Sequence record: OP292222.1
DNA from: Escherichia phage Esco_phi_B-01
Length of the DNA stretch: 64,000 bases
Strand: one strand, 5' to 3'
Shown here: in pieces, positions 52,980-62,074 of the stretch
Layout: each line of letters starts with the position of its first letter
Numbering within the stretch: position 1 is the first letter of the stretch
The notes under the pieces: generated by a model
What the model saw: only the letters and a program-made list of their open reading frames with translations
What the model was told of the DNA's origin: nothing
The model's database searches: none
Translations under genes and position numbers: made by a program

Positions 52980-53418
52980 AGTTAAAGAATTATCTGCTGG
53001 TATTTTGTTCATGACCGCCGATAAAGAACTAGTTATGGGTCGTGTAACAGGCTCTCGTAATCCAGAGAACATGCGTCATAAATGGGACATTCCTAAAGGT
53101 CATGTCGAACCGGGTGAAGAGCCTATTCAAGCAGCAATGCGTGAAACCGAAGAAGAGATTGGATTCACAGCATACGATCCTGCGTTCCTGAAAGACCTAG
53201 GTGAGTTCAAATATTCAAGCAATAAGAATCTACATCTGTTCTTATATACTGTGCCTGTCGAACACGAGCAGTTCAAGAATTGCAAATGTACAGCTTACCA
53301 TACGTTCCCTGATGGTCGTACGATTCCTGAATTCGATGCTTTTGCCTTAATTAAACGTCCACAATGGAAATACGTCATGGGCCCGTCGATGTTTAAGGTT
53401 TTAGATTCACTCTTTTGA
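52972..53418 (+). CDS. nudE: Nudix hydrolase
   Basis: 148 aa from ATG 52972; Nudix box [23 protein letters not shown]; adjacent to e as T4 nudE. Confidence 0.8.
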   Translation: MSKVKELSAGILFMTADKELVMGRVTGSRNPENMRHKWDIPKGHVEPGEEPIQAAMRETEEEIGFTAYDPAFLKDLGEFKYSSNKNLHLFLYTVPVEHEQFKNCKCTAYHTFPDGRTIPEFDAFALIKRPQWKYVMGPSMFKVLDSLF

Positions 53419-53426
53419 TATAAATA
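53419..53426 (+). promoter_or_regulatory. Late promoter TATAAATA for lysozyme gene e
   Basis: Exact TATAAATA; predicted start falls inside the SD-sequestering hairpin. Confidence 0.5.
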
Positions 53427-53448
53427 CCTCCTATAATCAGGAGGTATT
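53422..53448 (+). promoter_or_regulatory. Hairpin sequestering the e ribosome-binding site in upstream-initiated transcripts
   Basis: Inverted repeat aaatacctcc/ggaggtattt with loop tataatca; the 3' arm contains AGGAGG immediately before ATG 53450. Confidence 0.6.
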
Positions 53449-53449
53449 T

Positions 53450-53938
53450 ATGGATATTTTTGATATGTTACGTCAAGACGAAGGTCTTGATTTAAATCTT
53501 TATAAAGACACCGAAGGTTATTGGACTATTGGTATAGGCCAGTTAGTTACCAAGAACCCATCTAAAGATGTTGCTCGCGCTGAACTTGATAAGCTTATGG
53601 GGCGAGTTTGTAATGGTCGTATTACTATGGCTGAAGCTGAACAGCTCTTTAACCGTTCAGTGGAAAATGCTCGTAGAGCTATAATGCGTAATCCTAAATT
53701 GAAACCGGTTTATGATGTGCTGGACGAAGTTCGTCGTTGCGCATTGATTAATATGGTCTTCCAAATGGGCGAAGCTGGTGTAGCAGGATTTACCAACTCT
53801 CTGCGTATGCTCCAACAGAAACGTTGGGATGATGCAGCAGTTAACCTGGCACAGTCTCGTTGGTACAAGCAAACCCCGAATCGTGCCAAGCGTGTTATCG
53901 CCACCTTTAAAACCGGTACTTGGGCTGCTTATAGATAA
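53450..53938 (+). CDS. e: Lysozyme (endolysin)
   Basis: 162 aa; [13 protein letters not shown]...[13 protein letters not shown] matches recalled T4 lysozyme. Confidence 0.95.
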   Translation: MDIFDMLRQDEGLDLNLYKDTEGYWTIGIGQLVTKNPSKDVARAELDKLMGRVCNGRITMAEAEQLFNRSVENARRAIMRNPKLKPVYDVLDEVRRCALINMVFQMGEAGVAGFTNSLRMLQQKRWDDAAVNLAQSRWYKQTPNRAKRVIATFKTGTWAAYR

Positions 53939-53942
53939 AGCA

Positions 53943-53990
53943 GTTTACATCTCCTAGAATTGTGATAGTATATCTACAGTTACTTGAACA
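53943..53990 (+). promoter_or_regulatory. Early promoter (GTTTAC, 18 bp, TAGTAT), diverged PeSL
   Basis: GTTTAC at 53943; -10-like TAGTAT. Confidence 0.4.
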
Positions 53991-54021
53991 AACTAATTAA
54001 ATTTACATTTGAAGGACCCGT

Positions 54022-54618
54022 ATGAAAACGTATAAAGAATTTATCACCGAAGCTACTGCAGGAAAGGTCAAAGGCATTAATAAAGATGAGTGGACTTACC
54101 GAGGAAACGGTGTTGACCGCATAGGAAACGGCTTTGACGCTAAAACAGCTCCTATTGAACGATACTTAGCTACAAAGGCTTCCGACTTTAAAGCTTTCGC
54201 TTGGGAAGGACTTCGCTGGCGTAACGATTTGAATATTGAAGCTGATGGACTTAAATTTGGCCATATTCAAGATGTTGTTGCTAGTAACTTAGACTCGGAC
54301 TTTATTAAAGCTGATGAATCCCTTCGTCGCTGGAATTTAAAACTGTTCTCTAAACAGAAAGGTCCGGTGTTTGTACCTAAAGCAGGTAAATGGACTATTG
54401 ATAATAAATTGGCTAAGGCTGTCAACTTCGCCGGACTTGAATTTGCCAAGCATAAATCAGCATGGAAAGGTCTTGATGCAATGGCTTTTCGTAAAGAATT
54501 TGCCGATGTTATGACTAAAGCCGGCTTTAAGGCAGAACTAGATACCTCTAAAGGTACGTTTAAAGACGCTAATATTCAGTACGCTTACGCCGTTGCTAAT
54601 GCAGCCCGTGGTAATTAA
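54022..54618 (+). CDS. ipIII: Internal protein III-like capsid-targeted protein
   Basis: 198 aa (T4 IPIII 193); N-terminal MKTYKEFITEA CTS; adjacent to e as in T4. Confidence 0.55.
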   Translation: MKTYKEFITEATAGKVKGINKDEWTYRGNGVDRIGNGFDAKTAPIERYLATKASDFKAFAWEGLRWRNDLNIEADGLKFGHIQDVVASNLDSDFIKADESLRRWNLKLFSKQKGPVFVPKAGKWTIDNKLAKAVNFAGLEFAKHKSAWKGLDAMAFRKEFADVMTKAGFKAELDTSKGTFKDANIQYAYAVANAARGN

Positions 54619-54644
54619 TAAAGTCCTCTTATAGATAAAAAGTT

Positions 54645-54699
54645 GTTTACTTCTCCTGTAGGCATGATACTATAGACCTATCAACTACAGGAGATTAAA
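54645..54699 (+). promoter_or_regulatory. PeSL-type early promoter
   Basis: GTTTAC, 18 bp, TACTAT, AGACCTATCAA; stem ctcctgtag/ctacaggag pairs the spacer with the SD region. Confidence 0.55.
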
Positions 54700-55116
54700 A
54701 TGACTCGTATCAACCTTACCTTAGTATCTGAATTGGCTGACCAACACTTAATGGCCGAATATCGTGAATTACCACGTGTTTTCGGTGCAGTTCGTAAGCA
54801 TGTTGCTAACGGTAAACGTGTTCGTGATTTTAAAATCAGCCCTACTTTTATCCTTGGCACAGGCCATGTTACATTCTTTTATGATAAGCTTGAATTTTTA
54901 CGTAAGCGTCAAATTGAGCTTATAGCCGAATGTTTAAAACGTGGCTTTAATATCAAGGATACTACAGTCCAGGACATTAGTGATATTCCTCAGGAATTCC
55001 GTGGTGATTATGTTCCTCACGAAGCTTCTATCGCTATTTCACAAGCCCGTTTGGATGAAAAAATTGCACAACGCCCTACCTGGTACAAACATTATGGTAA
55101 GGCGATTTATGCATAA
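54700..55116 (+). CDS. denV: Endonuclease V (pyrimidine dimer DNA glycosylase)
   Basis: 138 aa; essentially identical to recalled T4 endoV ([34 protein letters not shown]...). Confidence 0.95.
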   Translation: MTRINLTLVSELADQHLMAEYRELPRVFGAVRKHVANGKRVRDFKISPTFILGTGHVTFFYDKLEFLRKRQIELIAECLKRGFNIKDTTVQDISDIPQEFRGDYVPHEASIAISQARLDEKIAQRPTWYKHYGKAIYA

Positions 55117-55254
55117 GGGAGCAACCTGGACCTCACAATTCTGTGAGGGACTCCCGCCAACCTGTAATAAGGTCGAGCCCAAGTGCGGTAATGGGTAAAT
55201 GCAGAAATGGATGAATTAATGTGCCAAGGAGTGGCCCACAACTAAGAGACAATT

Positions 55255-55800
55255 ATGAAAACGTTTTTAACTGGTAGTTACCTATCCCTGATGAATGCTT
55301 TTGCAAACCATTCTGATGCTAGAGTAGAACACATTTGTAATAGTGGGTTTTATGTACCTGATTCACAAACCCTGTTTAAAGAATGCTGCACCCTAAAACT
55401 TGATGGTGGGCGCCAATCTGGTAAAACAAGGGCAGTATCCATTTTTGCGTCTGATTGGCTCGCAGGTGGTGGGACTGTAATTATTTTGTCTAATTGCGCC
55501 GCGTATGCTAATGTTTCGGCTACTGCAATCCGAAAGGAATATTTTAATAACCATACAGAAAGTATTAAGTACCGTTTGTACACTGATTCTGTTCGTAGTT
55601 TTATTGGTAACACTGCATGTAAATTCCGTGGATTATCACTTTCACGGGTTCTGTATATAATTGATGAGCCTGTTAAAACACCCGATATGGATAAGATTTA
55701 TGATGCCCATATAAAGGTGGTGCAACATTGCTGTCGTGCATCATGTGAAGAAAGCAATCAAACTACTCGCCCTCTGTTCTTTGTGATAGGAATGCAATGA
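55255..55800 (+). CDS. Small P-loop-containing protein
   Basis: 181 aa; Walker A-like GGRQSGKT; hydrophobic strand then DE (YIIDEP). Confidence 0.5.
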   Translation: MKTFLTGSYLSLMNAFANHSDARVEHICNSGFYVPDSQTLFKECCTLKLDGGRQSGKTRAVSIFASDWLAGGGTVIILSNCAAYANVSATAIRKEYFNNHTESIKYRLYTDSVRSFIGNTACKFRGLSLSRVLYIIDEPVKTPDMDKIYDAHIKVVQHCCRASCEESNQTTRPLFFVIGMQ

Positions 55801-56093
55801 TGACCGATGAAGAACTTTTTGAGTTCTGTTATTTCTCACGTAAGGTTCGAAGAGAGGACCTTACTACAAACTTTGAGCATGCTTATTTCTACCCATTAGA
55901 ATATGTATTCATGTCAGGGCCCTTTAAGGGCTCTCGTTTTAGATGCCACGCTCCTAGTATCCGATTAATGAAACAGGTTCCTTACTTCACCCTCGAGTTC
56001 ATCTCTGGGCCTTGTAAGGGTATTATTACTCGCAGTCTCTTGACGTATGACCAAGAGATTCATATGATTTCTGACTGGAAAAAATATGTCTAA
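55797..56093 (+). CDS. Hypothetical protein
   Basis: 98 aa; ATGA overlap. Confidence 0.45.
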   Translation: MMTDEELFEFCYFSRKVRREDLTTNFEHAYFYPLEYVFMSGPFKGSRFRCHAPSIRLMKQVPYFTLEFISGPCKGIITRSLLTYDQEIHMISDWKKYV

Positions 56094-56304
56094 ATTGACA
56101 ATTGAAGGCTCTGATGAAGCTTTGAAGATGTTTGTTGACTGGTTCCATGAACAAGGCGAACAAGGCTTTATGGAATGTTGGGACGGCGGCCAATGGAATG
56201 GTAAAGAAACTGTTTACCCGACTACGTATATCTCTGTTAGTGGTGGATATGACGGCCTTCGTTTTGTAGAATATGATATTGCATCTGATGAGGAAGTGAA
56301 ATGA
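56086..56304 (+). CDS. Hypothetical protein
   Basis: 72 aa. Confidence 0.45.
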   Translation: MSKLTIEGSDEALKMFVDWFHEQGEQGFMECWDGGQWNGKETVYPTTYISVSGGYDGLRFVEYDIASDEEVK

Positions 56305-56579
56305 TTGAAGATATCAAAGGTTACAAGCCACATACCGACGATAAAATCAGTAAAGTGAATGCCATTAAAGATGCTGAAGTTCGATTAGGCTTAATCTTTA
56401 AAGCATTAGAAGAAGAATACGTTGAAGCCTTTACATGCTCAGGTGTTGATAAAATGAGTGATGAAGAATTCGACCTCACTCATGAACGTCTCGCCCAGAT
56501 TCGTACGGCAATCGAACGCTTGAAAGAAGCTTCTATGTGGGCCTGCCGTTCCGTTTTCCAACCTGAAGAAAAATACTAA
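56301..56579 (+). CDS. Hypothetical protein
   Basis: 92 aa. Confidence 0.45.
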   Translation: MIEDIKGYKPHTDDKISKVNAIKDAEVRLGLIFKALEEEYVEAFTCSGVDKMSDEEFDLTHERLAQIRTAIERLKEASMWACRSVFQPEEKY

Positions 56580-56584
56580 AAGCA

Positions 56585-56641
56585 GTTTACATCTCCTGTA
56601 GACGTGGTACTATAGACCTATCAACTACAGGAGATTACAAA
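56585..56641 (+). promoter_or_regulatory. PeSL-type early promoter
   Basis: GTTTAC, 18 bp, TACTAT, AGACCTATCAA; stem tctcctgtag/ctacaggaga. Confidence 0.55.
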
Positions 56642-57100
56642 ATGTCAGAAATTAATTCAGAAGTATTCATCCGCCGCAACAAATTACGTCGTCAGTTCGA
56701 AACCGAATTTCGTGAACTTAACGCGTCCATCAAAAAAGCCGCCATTAAGAGCGGTGTCCCAGCTTTCTTTATTAAGTACTCTAATCACTTGTTGGACCGT
56801 GCTATCCAACGTGAAATTGACGAAAAATATGTTTTCTCTTTGTTCAAGAAGCTCCATAATCATGTTAAAGAAATCCATGAATTTTTAATCCAGGAGCCTC
56901 TTCCTGACGTAGAATCTGAAATTATCCCAGGTAAGGTGTATCGTCCACTGCGTCTCGAGATTACCGATAAAACCTTATGGTTGGGTATGACCGTAGATCG
57001 TAAACATCCTGATAAAGGATATTCATTAAAATGTCGTATGGCATTTGTTAACTCTAAACGTTTAGAAGGTAAAACCAGCACGAAAGTAATCTATCTTTAA
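56642..57100 (+). CDS. regB: RegB site-specific endoribonuclease
   Basis: 152 aa (T4 153); EVFIRRNKLRR, HLLDRAIQREIDE, RLEITD match recalled T4 RegB. Confidence 0.8.
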   Translation: MSEINSEVFIRRNKLRRQFETEFRELNASIKKAAIKSGVPAFFIKYSNHLLDRAIQREIDEKYVFSLFKKLHNHVKEIHEFLIQEPLPDVESEIIPGKVYRPLRLEITDKTLWLGMTVDRKHPDKGYSLKCRMAFVNSKRLEGKTSTKVIYL

Positions 57101-57112
57101 TAATGAGGTCTC

Positions 57113-57652
57113 ATGAAAAAAGTATTAGCCACTTTACTATTGACAGTTAGTATGTCTGCCTATAGCGTAGAGCCTACTTTCAGTAATGAACAACTCGATA
57201 ATTTACATTATGCGTATGCTTTCGGTGAACAATACCAAAAGTCGGGAAAGTTCAAAGAAAACCCTAATCAAAAAGGATTAGGATATATAATGGCCGGATT
57301 ATTATGGCAGGAATCGTCTGCCGGAATTAATCAAGGTTTAAATAAAGATAAGCACCATGCTTATGGCATGTTCCAAAATTACTTGCCTACGTTAAGAAGT
57401 CGTGTTCAACAGGTAGGTTGGAAGATGTCAGACAAAGAAATAATTCGTATGGTCCAAAAACGACAGAACAGTGCCTCTTGGGCCTACATTGAGCTGTCTT
57501 ATTGGATTAATGTTCACAAAGGTGACCTGAGAAAAGCGATTGCTTCTTATAATGCGGGCTGGAATGTCAAAGCAGGCAGTAAATATGCTTCCGAAGTTCT
57601 AGAAAAGGCCAATTACCTAAAATCTAAAAAGATGTTTGAGGCGGTATATTAA
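57113..57652 (+). CDS. Secreted protein with lytic-transglycosylase-like YNAGWN motif
   Basis: 179 aa; N-terminal signal-peptide-like MKKVLATLLLTVSMSAYS. Confidence 0.5.
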   Translation: MKKVLATLLLTVSMSAYSVEPTFSNEQLDNLHYAYAFGEQYQKSGKFKENPNQKGLGYIMAGLLWQESSAGINQGLNKDKHHAYGMFQNYLPTLRSRVQQVGWKMSDKEIIRMVQKRQNSASWAYIELSYWINVHKGDLRKAIASYNAGWNVKAGSKYASEVLEKANYLKSKKMFEAVY

Positions 57653-58009
57653 ATGATTAAACAGATGACTATAGCGCTTATGTTGATTGCTCCGGGAGTA
57701 TTAGCATCACAGGTTGATGATACAAATAATTCAATTGTCGAGTATGCCACCCGTACAGCAAAAGATTATTGTCATCCGAGTAATACTGAATGTGTTATTG
57801 AATTCAGTTCAAAAATAACAGCTGCTTTTAAAGATGGACAGAACGACGTCGAGCATCGCCGAATGAAAGAGAAAACTCTTTCTAAAAGATACGAGCAACG
57901 TCTAAACGTTACTGAATGTGTTCCGTCTGATAAAAAGTACAAAGAAATGTGCGCGTCTATGGTAGACAGACTCGTTGACTCTTACAACCGAGGGCTAAAC
58001 TCTAAATGA
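57653..58009 (+). CDS. Small secreted protein
   Basis: 118 aa; signal-peptide-like N-terminus; four Cys. Confidence 0.45.
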   Translation: MIKQMTIALMLIAPGVLASQVDDTNNSIVEYATRTAKDYCHPSNTECVIEFSSKITAAFKDGQNDVEHRRMKEKTLSKRYEQRLNVTECVPSDKKYKEMCASMVDRLVDSYNRGLNSK

Positions 58010-58485
58010 TTATTGATTATATTAAGGGCGATATCGTCGCCCTGTTTCTTCAAGGTAATATTATTGCACACGGGTGCAACTGTTTTCATACTATGGGTTC
58101 AGGTGTTGCCGGTCAATTAGCAAGGGCCTATCCTAAAATATTAGAAATTGATAAGACCACTACTGAATACGGTTCTCGTGATAAATTAGGCGACATGTCT
58201 ATTGTTTTTAAACATAAGCCTAATGGATTTGCAATGTGCTATAATTTATACACCCAATACGAACCAGGCCCTAATCTTGATTACGGTGCTTTAGTAAACT
58301 GTATGATAGAATTAAATCTACAAGCAAACGACCTTTTGTTTAAACCAAGAATTTATATTCCTCGTATAGGTTGTGGTATTGCTGGCGGTGATTGGGACAA
58401 GGTTTCTAAATTAATCGACATGTTTACTCCTGATATTGATTTAATAGTGGTGGATTATGAAAGCACATTACCCACATCCGTTTGA
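58006..58485 (+). CDS. Macro domain protein (ADP-ribose binding / hydrolase fold)
   Basis: 159 aa; IAHGCNCFHTMGSGVAGQLAR and PRIGCGIAGGDW resemble macro-domain Gly-rich loops. Confidence 0.65.
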   Translation: MIIDYIKGDIVALFLQGNIIAHGCNCFHTMGSGVAGQLARAYPKILEIDKTTTEYGSRDKLGDMSIVFKHKPNGFAMCYNLYTQYEPGPNLDYGALVNCMIELNLQANDLLFKPRIYIPRIGCGIAGGDWDKVSKLIDMFTPDIDLIVVDYESTLPTSV

Positions 58486-58669
58486 CCCTAAAAACAAAGC
58501 GGAAATTATTCGGCACTGGACCGAAACCCGAGTAACTAAATGCCCTATAAAAAGTCAGCATAACACCGATAAATGGTATATTGGTGAATACGTTGAATAT
58601 ACTTTTATAGATAAAAATAAACGTAAACAGCATGTAGAAGAATATTGCTTAAAGGTGCAATGGTTATGA
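58457..58669 (+). CDS. Hypothetical protein
   Basis: 70 aa. Confidence 0.4.
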   Translation: MKAHYPHPFDPKNKAEIIRHWTETRVTKCPIKSQHNTDKWYIGEYVEYTFIDKNKRKQHVEEYCLKVQWL

Positions 58670-58872
58670 GCCAAGCCCGAATTCTTAAAACGGCCAAATG
58701 TGAAAAATGCGAATGGCCAGTAATAGCCGCTTTATGCAACGATGAAATGGAATGTGAATTTGATTACTGGTGGTACTGTTCTAATAAAGGATGTTCTAAT
58801 CATAAGGGTGAAGGTTTTCATTCCGGTTATTGCGAACATCCTAAATTTGTGCGATATGGGGAACCCAAATGA
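58645..58872 (+). CDS. Cys-rich small protein (possible zinc ribbon)
   Basis: 75 aa; CEKCEW...CNDEMEC...YCSNKGCSNH...YCEH. Confidence 0.45.
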   Translation: MLKGAMVMSQARILKTAKCEKCEWPVIAALCNDEMECEFDYWWYCSNKGCSNHKGEGFHSGYCEHPKFVRYGEPK

Positions 58873-59051
58873 GTTTGAGTAAAGAACAGAAAGACAAATT
58901 GTTTGAGCTTATCCATGAGCTCATGGAACTTAATATAGAATGTGAATTTGATAACTCTCTGGACTGGGATTGGAGAGGTGACGAAGAGGATGAGTTTTCT
59001 AAAAAGGAAAACGAATTAATAGCTTATGTGAATACGCTTTAAGAAGGTAAT

Positions 59052-59624
59052 ATGGCTCAACTTTATTTTCATTATGCGGCAATGAACTCAGGTAAGACCG
59101 CTTCATTGCTAACGGCCGCTCATAACTACAAAGAACGCGGTATGGGCGTGCTCCTTTTAAAGCCTGCGATAGACAATAGAGAATCAAGCCATACCATTTC
59201 GTCTCGTATAGGGATTAGTCAAGAGGCTAATGCAGTGACTCCGGATATGGACCTATACGAGTTCTATCGTTGGGCTGAATCTCAAAAAGATATCCACTGT
59301 GTGTTTGTGGATGAAGCCCAGTTCTTAGAACCTGCACAGATAAAACAACTGGCAAAGATAGTAGACAATTATAATGTTCCGGTTATGTGTTACGGGCTAA
59401 GAACTGATTTTCAGGGTAAACTGTTTCCTGGTTCTGCTGAATTACTCGCTACGGCAGATAAACTCGTTGAGTACAAAGGTGTGTGCCATTGCGGCCGTAA
59501 AGCTACTATGACTGCTAGGGTCCAAGATGGTGTCGCAATTAAGGACGGAGCCCAAGTTTCTATAGGTGGCAACGATTCTTACGTGTCATTGTGCAGGAAG
59601 CACTGGATAGAAATAACGAGTTGA
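59052..59624 (+). CDS. tk: Thymidine kinase
   Basis: 190 aa; P-loop AAMNSGKT, VFVDEAQF, CHCGRKA zinc motif; matches recalled T4 Tk. Confidence 0.9.
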   Translation: MAQLYFHYAAMNSGKTASLLTAAHNYKERGMGVLLLKPAIDNRESSHTISSRIGISQEANAVTPDMDLYEFYRWAESQKDIHCVFVDEAQFLEPAQIKQLAKIVDNYNVPVMCYGLRTDFQGKLFPGSAELLATADKLVEYKGVCHCGRKATMTARVQDGVAIKDGAQVSIGGNDSYVSLCRKHWIEITS

Positions 59625-59631
59625 GGGTACT

Positions 59632-59910
59632 ATGGACCTAAATTCAAAGATTTTAATTCTAGCGTTCGCTGTGGCCATCTCTTATATTGTTCTTTCGCCC
59701 ATCATGGATGATGCGGCTTACAAAAGAGAGATAGAAGTTGTAGCAGCGACGTATAATGCTAATAATAAAGAATGTCCTAATAAAAATGGAGTGGATTTAA
59801 TTAAAGCACATTATATGCTTTCTATTACCTCGCCTATACAGAGGAATTGGGTTGAATATAATTTTAACGACGTGTTCTATTCTTATTGTCGTAAGCTTAA
59901 AAAGCTATAA
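59632..59910 (+). CDS. Small membrane-anchored protein
   Basis: 92 aa; N-terminal TM helix. Confidence 0.45.
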   Translation: MDLNSKILILAFAVAISYIVLSPIMDDAAYKREIEVVAATYNANNKECPNKNGVDLIKAHYMLSITSPIQRNWVEYNFNDVFYSYCRKLKKL

Positions 59911-60003
59911 ATAGTAATACTAACCGTAGAGCTTTAGCTTTTGGTAATCGCTATCGGTTAAGGCCGAAAGGCAAATTCGTATAAAATAACAAAGGACTTT
60001 TGT

Positions 60004-60297
60004 ATGGGTATTTTCCGTACAGTGGCTTGTATCCTTATGATTGGATGTTTAAGCCCGACATCTTCACTAGCAAACAAATCCGACCCTAAATTGATGGACG
60101 CCTTTGCTAGTAGTGCGATGCCAGTTTATGCGCAAATGAGTAAACCTAGTGTAAAGGCCTCCGAAGACTACTGGGCTTATGTAACTGCTTCTTGGAAAAT
60201 TTCAAATTGCAATACAATAGAGTCTTGCTCGATTGAAGGTCGGGCTATCGGAGAACGATACGCTAAACTAATGAAGGTAGATGATGAAATTCAATGA
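60004..60297 (+). CDS. Small secreted/periplasmic protein (possible rI-like by position)
   Basis: 97 aa; N-terminal hydrophobic signal; near tk as T4 rI. Confidence 0.4.
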   Translation: MGIFRTVACILMIGCLSPTSSLANKSDPKLMDAFASSAMPVYAQMSKPSVKASEDYWAYVTASWKISNCNTIESCSIEGRAIGERYAKLMKVDDEIQ

Positions 60298-60667
60298 TTT
60301 CGTACTTAGTCGAGGGACTGAAGTAGATTCTTATATTGGTTGGCTGTTGGTTTCTTTAGCCTATTTTAAGTCAGCCCATTTGGAAACCAAAAGCTATGCA
60401 AGACACAAAGCATATGACTTCTATTATACAGAAGTTCAAGGACCACTAGACCAGTTCAGTGAACAGTATTTAGGATTTAGTGGCAAAGAATATAAAGCAT
60501 CACTACCATCTGCTTCAGAACTGCCTAAAGACCCCATAGATTTTCTTGATGAACTTATTAAAGCGTCTGATAAAATCTACAAAAATCTTCCTAAGGCCAT
60601 CCAATCGACTTTGGACGACATCACTGGTGTCTTTTACCAGACTAAGTATTTGTTAACGTTAGAATAA
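60281..60667 (+). CDS. Hypothetical protein
   Basis: 128 aa. Confidence 0.45.
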   Translation: MMKFNDFVLSRGTEVDSYIGWLLVSLAYFKSAHLETKSYARHKAYDFYYTEVQGPLDQFSEQYLGFSGKEYKASLPSASELPKDPIDFLDELIKASDKIYKNLPKAIQSTLDDITGVFYQTKYLLTLE

Positions 60668-60672
60668 TCAAA

Positions 60673-60698
60673 GGTCTCACTTCGGTGGGACCTTTTTT
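60673..60698 (+). terminator. Intrinsic terminator
   Basis: ggtctcac-ttcg-gtgggacc then TTTTTT. Confidence 0.6.
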
Positions 60699-60707
60699 CG
60701 TTTTAGT

Positions 60708-60764
60708 GTTTACATCCTCTAGGAACGTGATACTATAGACCTATCAACTAATGAGGAGAAAGTT
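60708..60764 (+). promoter_or_regulatory. PeSL-type early promoter
   Basis: GTTTAC, 17 bp, TACTAT, AGACCTATCAA. Confidence 0.55.
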
Positions 60765-60947
60765 ATGTTAACTACCGAACAGATTGAGAAAATTATTAAA
60801 CTCGCCCAGCATATTGAAAACGCATCCAATGACCTAGCTGTTGAATATTGTGAAGGCTATTCATATTCCGGAATAGAGCAGTGTAAACGAGATTTGGCTA
60901 ACTCTAAAGCAGCCTTGGTTGAGTATCTTAATGAGTTGAAAGCATAA
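60765..60947 (+). CDS. Hypothetical protein
   Basis: 60 aa; GAGGAGA RBS. Confidence 0.45.
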   Translation: MLTTEQIEKIIKLAQHIENASNDLAVEYCEGYSYSGIEQCKRDLANSKAALVEYLNELKA

Positions 60948-61204
60948 TGGCTGTTGGATTTGCTAAGGACGGAGCTGAACAGCTCGAAATGGAAGCGGTC
61001 GTTCAGGCCGCTATAGTACACGCCCGTAAGCAAGTAGCAGTTGAACGTGAATCGGCTAAATATTGTTTTGATTGTGATGAAGAGATTCCTGAAGCACGAC
61101 GTCAAGCTATCAAAGGTGTGATATATTGTATAGGTTGTCAGTCAATGCATGATGAAATTTTTAAACGTGAGCCACGTAACTGTTGGCACAGGAGCATGAG
61201 ATGA
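60947..61204 (+). CDS. DksA/TraR-family C4 zinc-finger protein
   Basis: 85 aa; CFDC-x17-CIGC. Confidence 0.6.
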   Translation: MAVGFAKDGAEQLEMEAVVQAAIVHARKQVAVERESAKYCFDCDEEIPEARRQAIKGVIYCIGCQSMHDEIFKREPRNCWHRSMR

Positions 61205-61295
61205 TTTACTATCTTGAACCTTGGGCTTGGCTTACAATGCTTATTGGTCCAGTTTTAATGGGTTTATTCTTTTCATGGTTAGCGAGGAAACTGTA

Positions 61296-61493
61296 ATGTT
61301 ATACGACCCGAGTGGTAATTCTGAAGATGGTATTATTGTCCTTTTGGCAGATGTTGAAGAGTCTGACGATGACATCTTTGTTAAAGATTGGGAAGAAAAA
61401 GGCGGAATCACGCTCCAACAAGAAAATGATATGATTTGTCTGAATGCAAGCCAAGTCGAAGAACTTTATAGTATTTTAAAACATAACCGTTGA
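61296..61493 (+). CDS. Small acidic hypothetical protein
   Basis: 65 aa from ATG 61296 with GAGGAAA RBS. Confidence 0.4.
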   Translation: MLYDPSGNSEDGIIVLLADVEESDDDIFVKDWEEKGGITLQQENDMICLNASQVEELYSILKHNR

Positions 61494-61503
61494 GGAACAG
61501 AAA

Positions 61504-62064
61504 ATGATTATTGAAACAACTGAATTGTTTGGTGAACTGACCGCTGAAGTAGTTGATAATGCAATTGTGCTTTCACAAGAAGACGATAAAATCGTACTAA
61601 CTATCCAAGATATTAAACCACTTTATGATTTAAAGGTTTTGGATAAAGATGGGTATCTTGATGGACGCCATAGAGCATCGTTTGATATTAACGACGATGT
61701 ATGGGCCCAGATTTATAAAAATGAAGACGGATTTAATATCGAAACTGATACGGAATGTCTAAGCATTAGGAATTCTAGTAATTTCTTTAAATGTATTTTT
61801 AAACTGTTCCAGGAAGAATGCAAGCCTGAAGTTGAATGGAAAGTTCCAGGTCAAGATGCGGTGATTCGTTCTAGTGAAACATTTGAAGGTGATGAAGAAG
61901 AAATGGATTATGATACCGAACTAACCGTGTATCAACACCAGGGCCGTGATTTGCTATCCTTGGTCCAAAGACACGACGGTGAAAGTGAATTGGTATTTAC
62001 TAAAGACGAGCTAAAAGTTTTAGTCTCTTATCTGAACTCTGTTATCCCAACTATGAACTCTTAA
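61504..62064 (+). CDS. Hypothetical acidic protein
   Basis: 186 aa. Confidence 0.5.
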   Translation: MIIETTELFGELTAEVVDNAIVLSQEDDKIVLTIQDIKPLYDLKVLDKDGYLDGRHRASFDINDDVWAQIYKNEDGFNIETDTECLSIRNSSNFFKCIFKLFQEECKPEVEWKVPGQDAVIRSSETFEGDEEEMDYDTELTVYQHQGRDLLSLVQRHDGESELVFTKDELKVLVSYLNSVIPTMNS

Positions 62065-62074
62065 GGAAAATATT

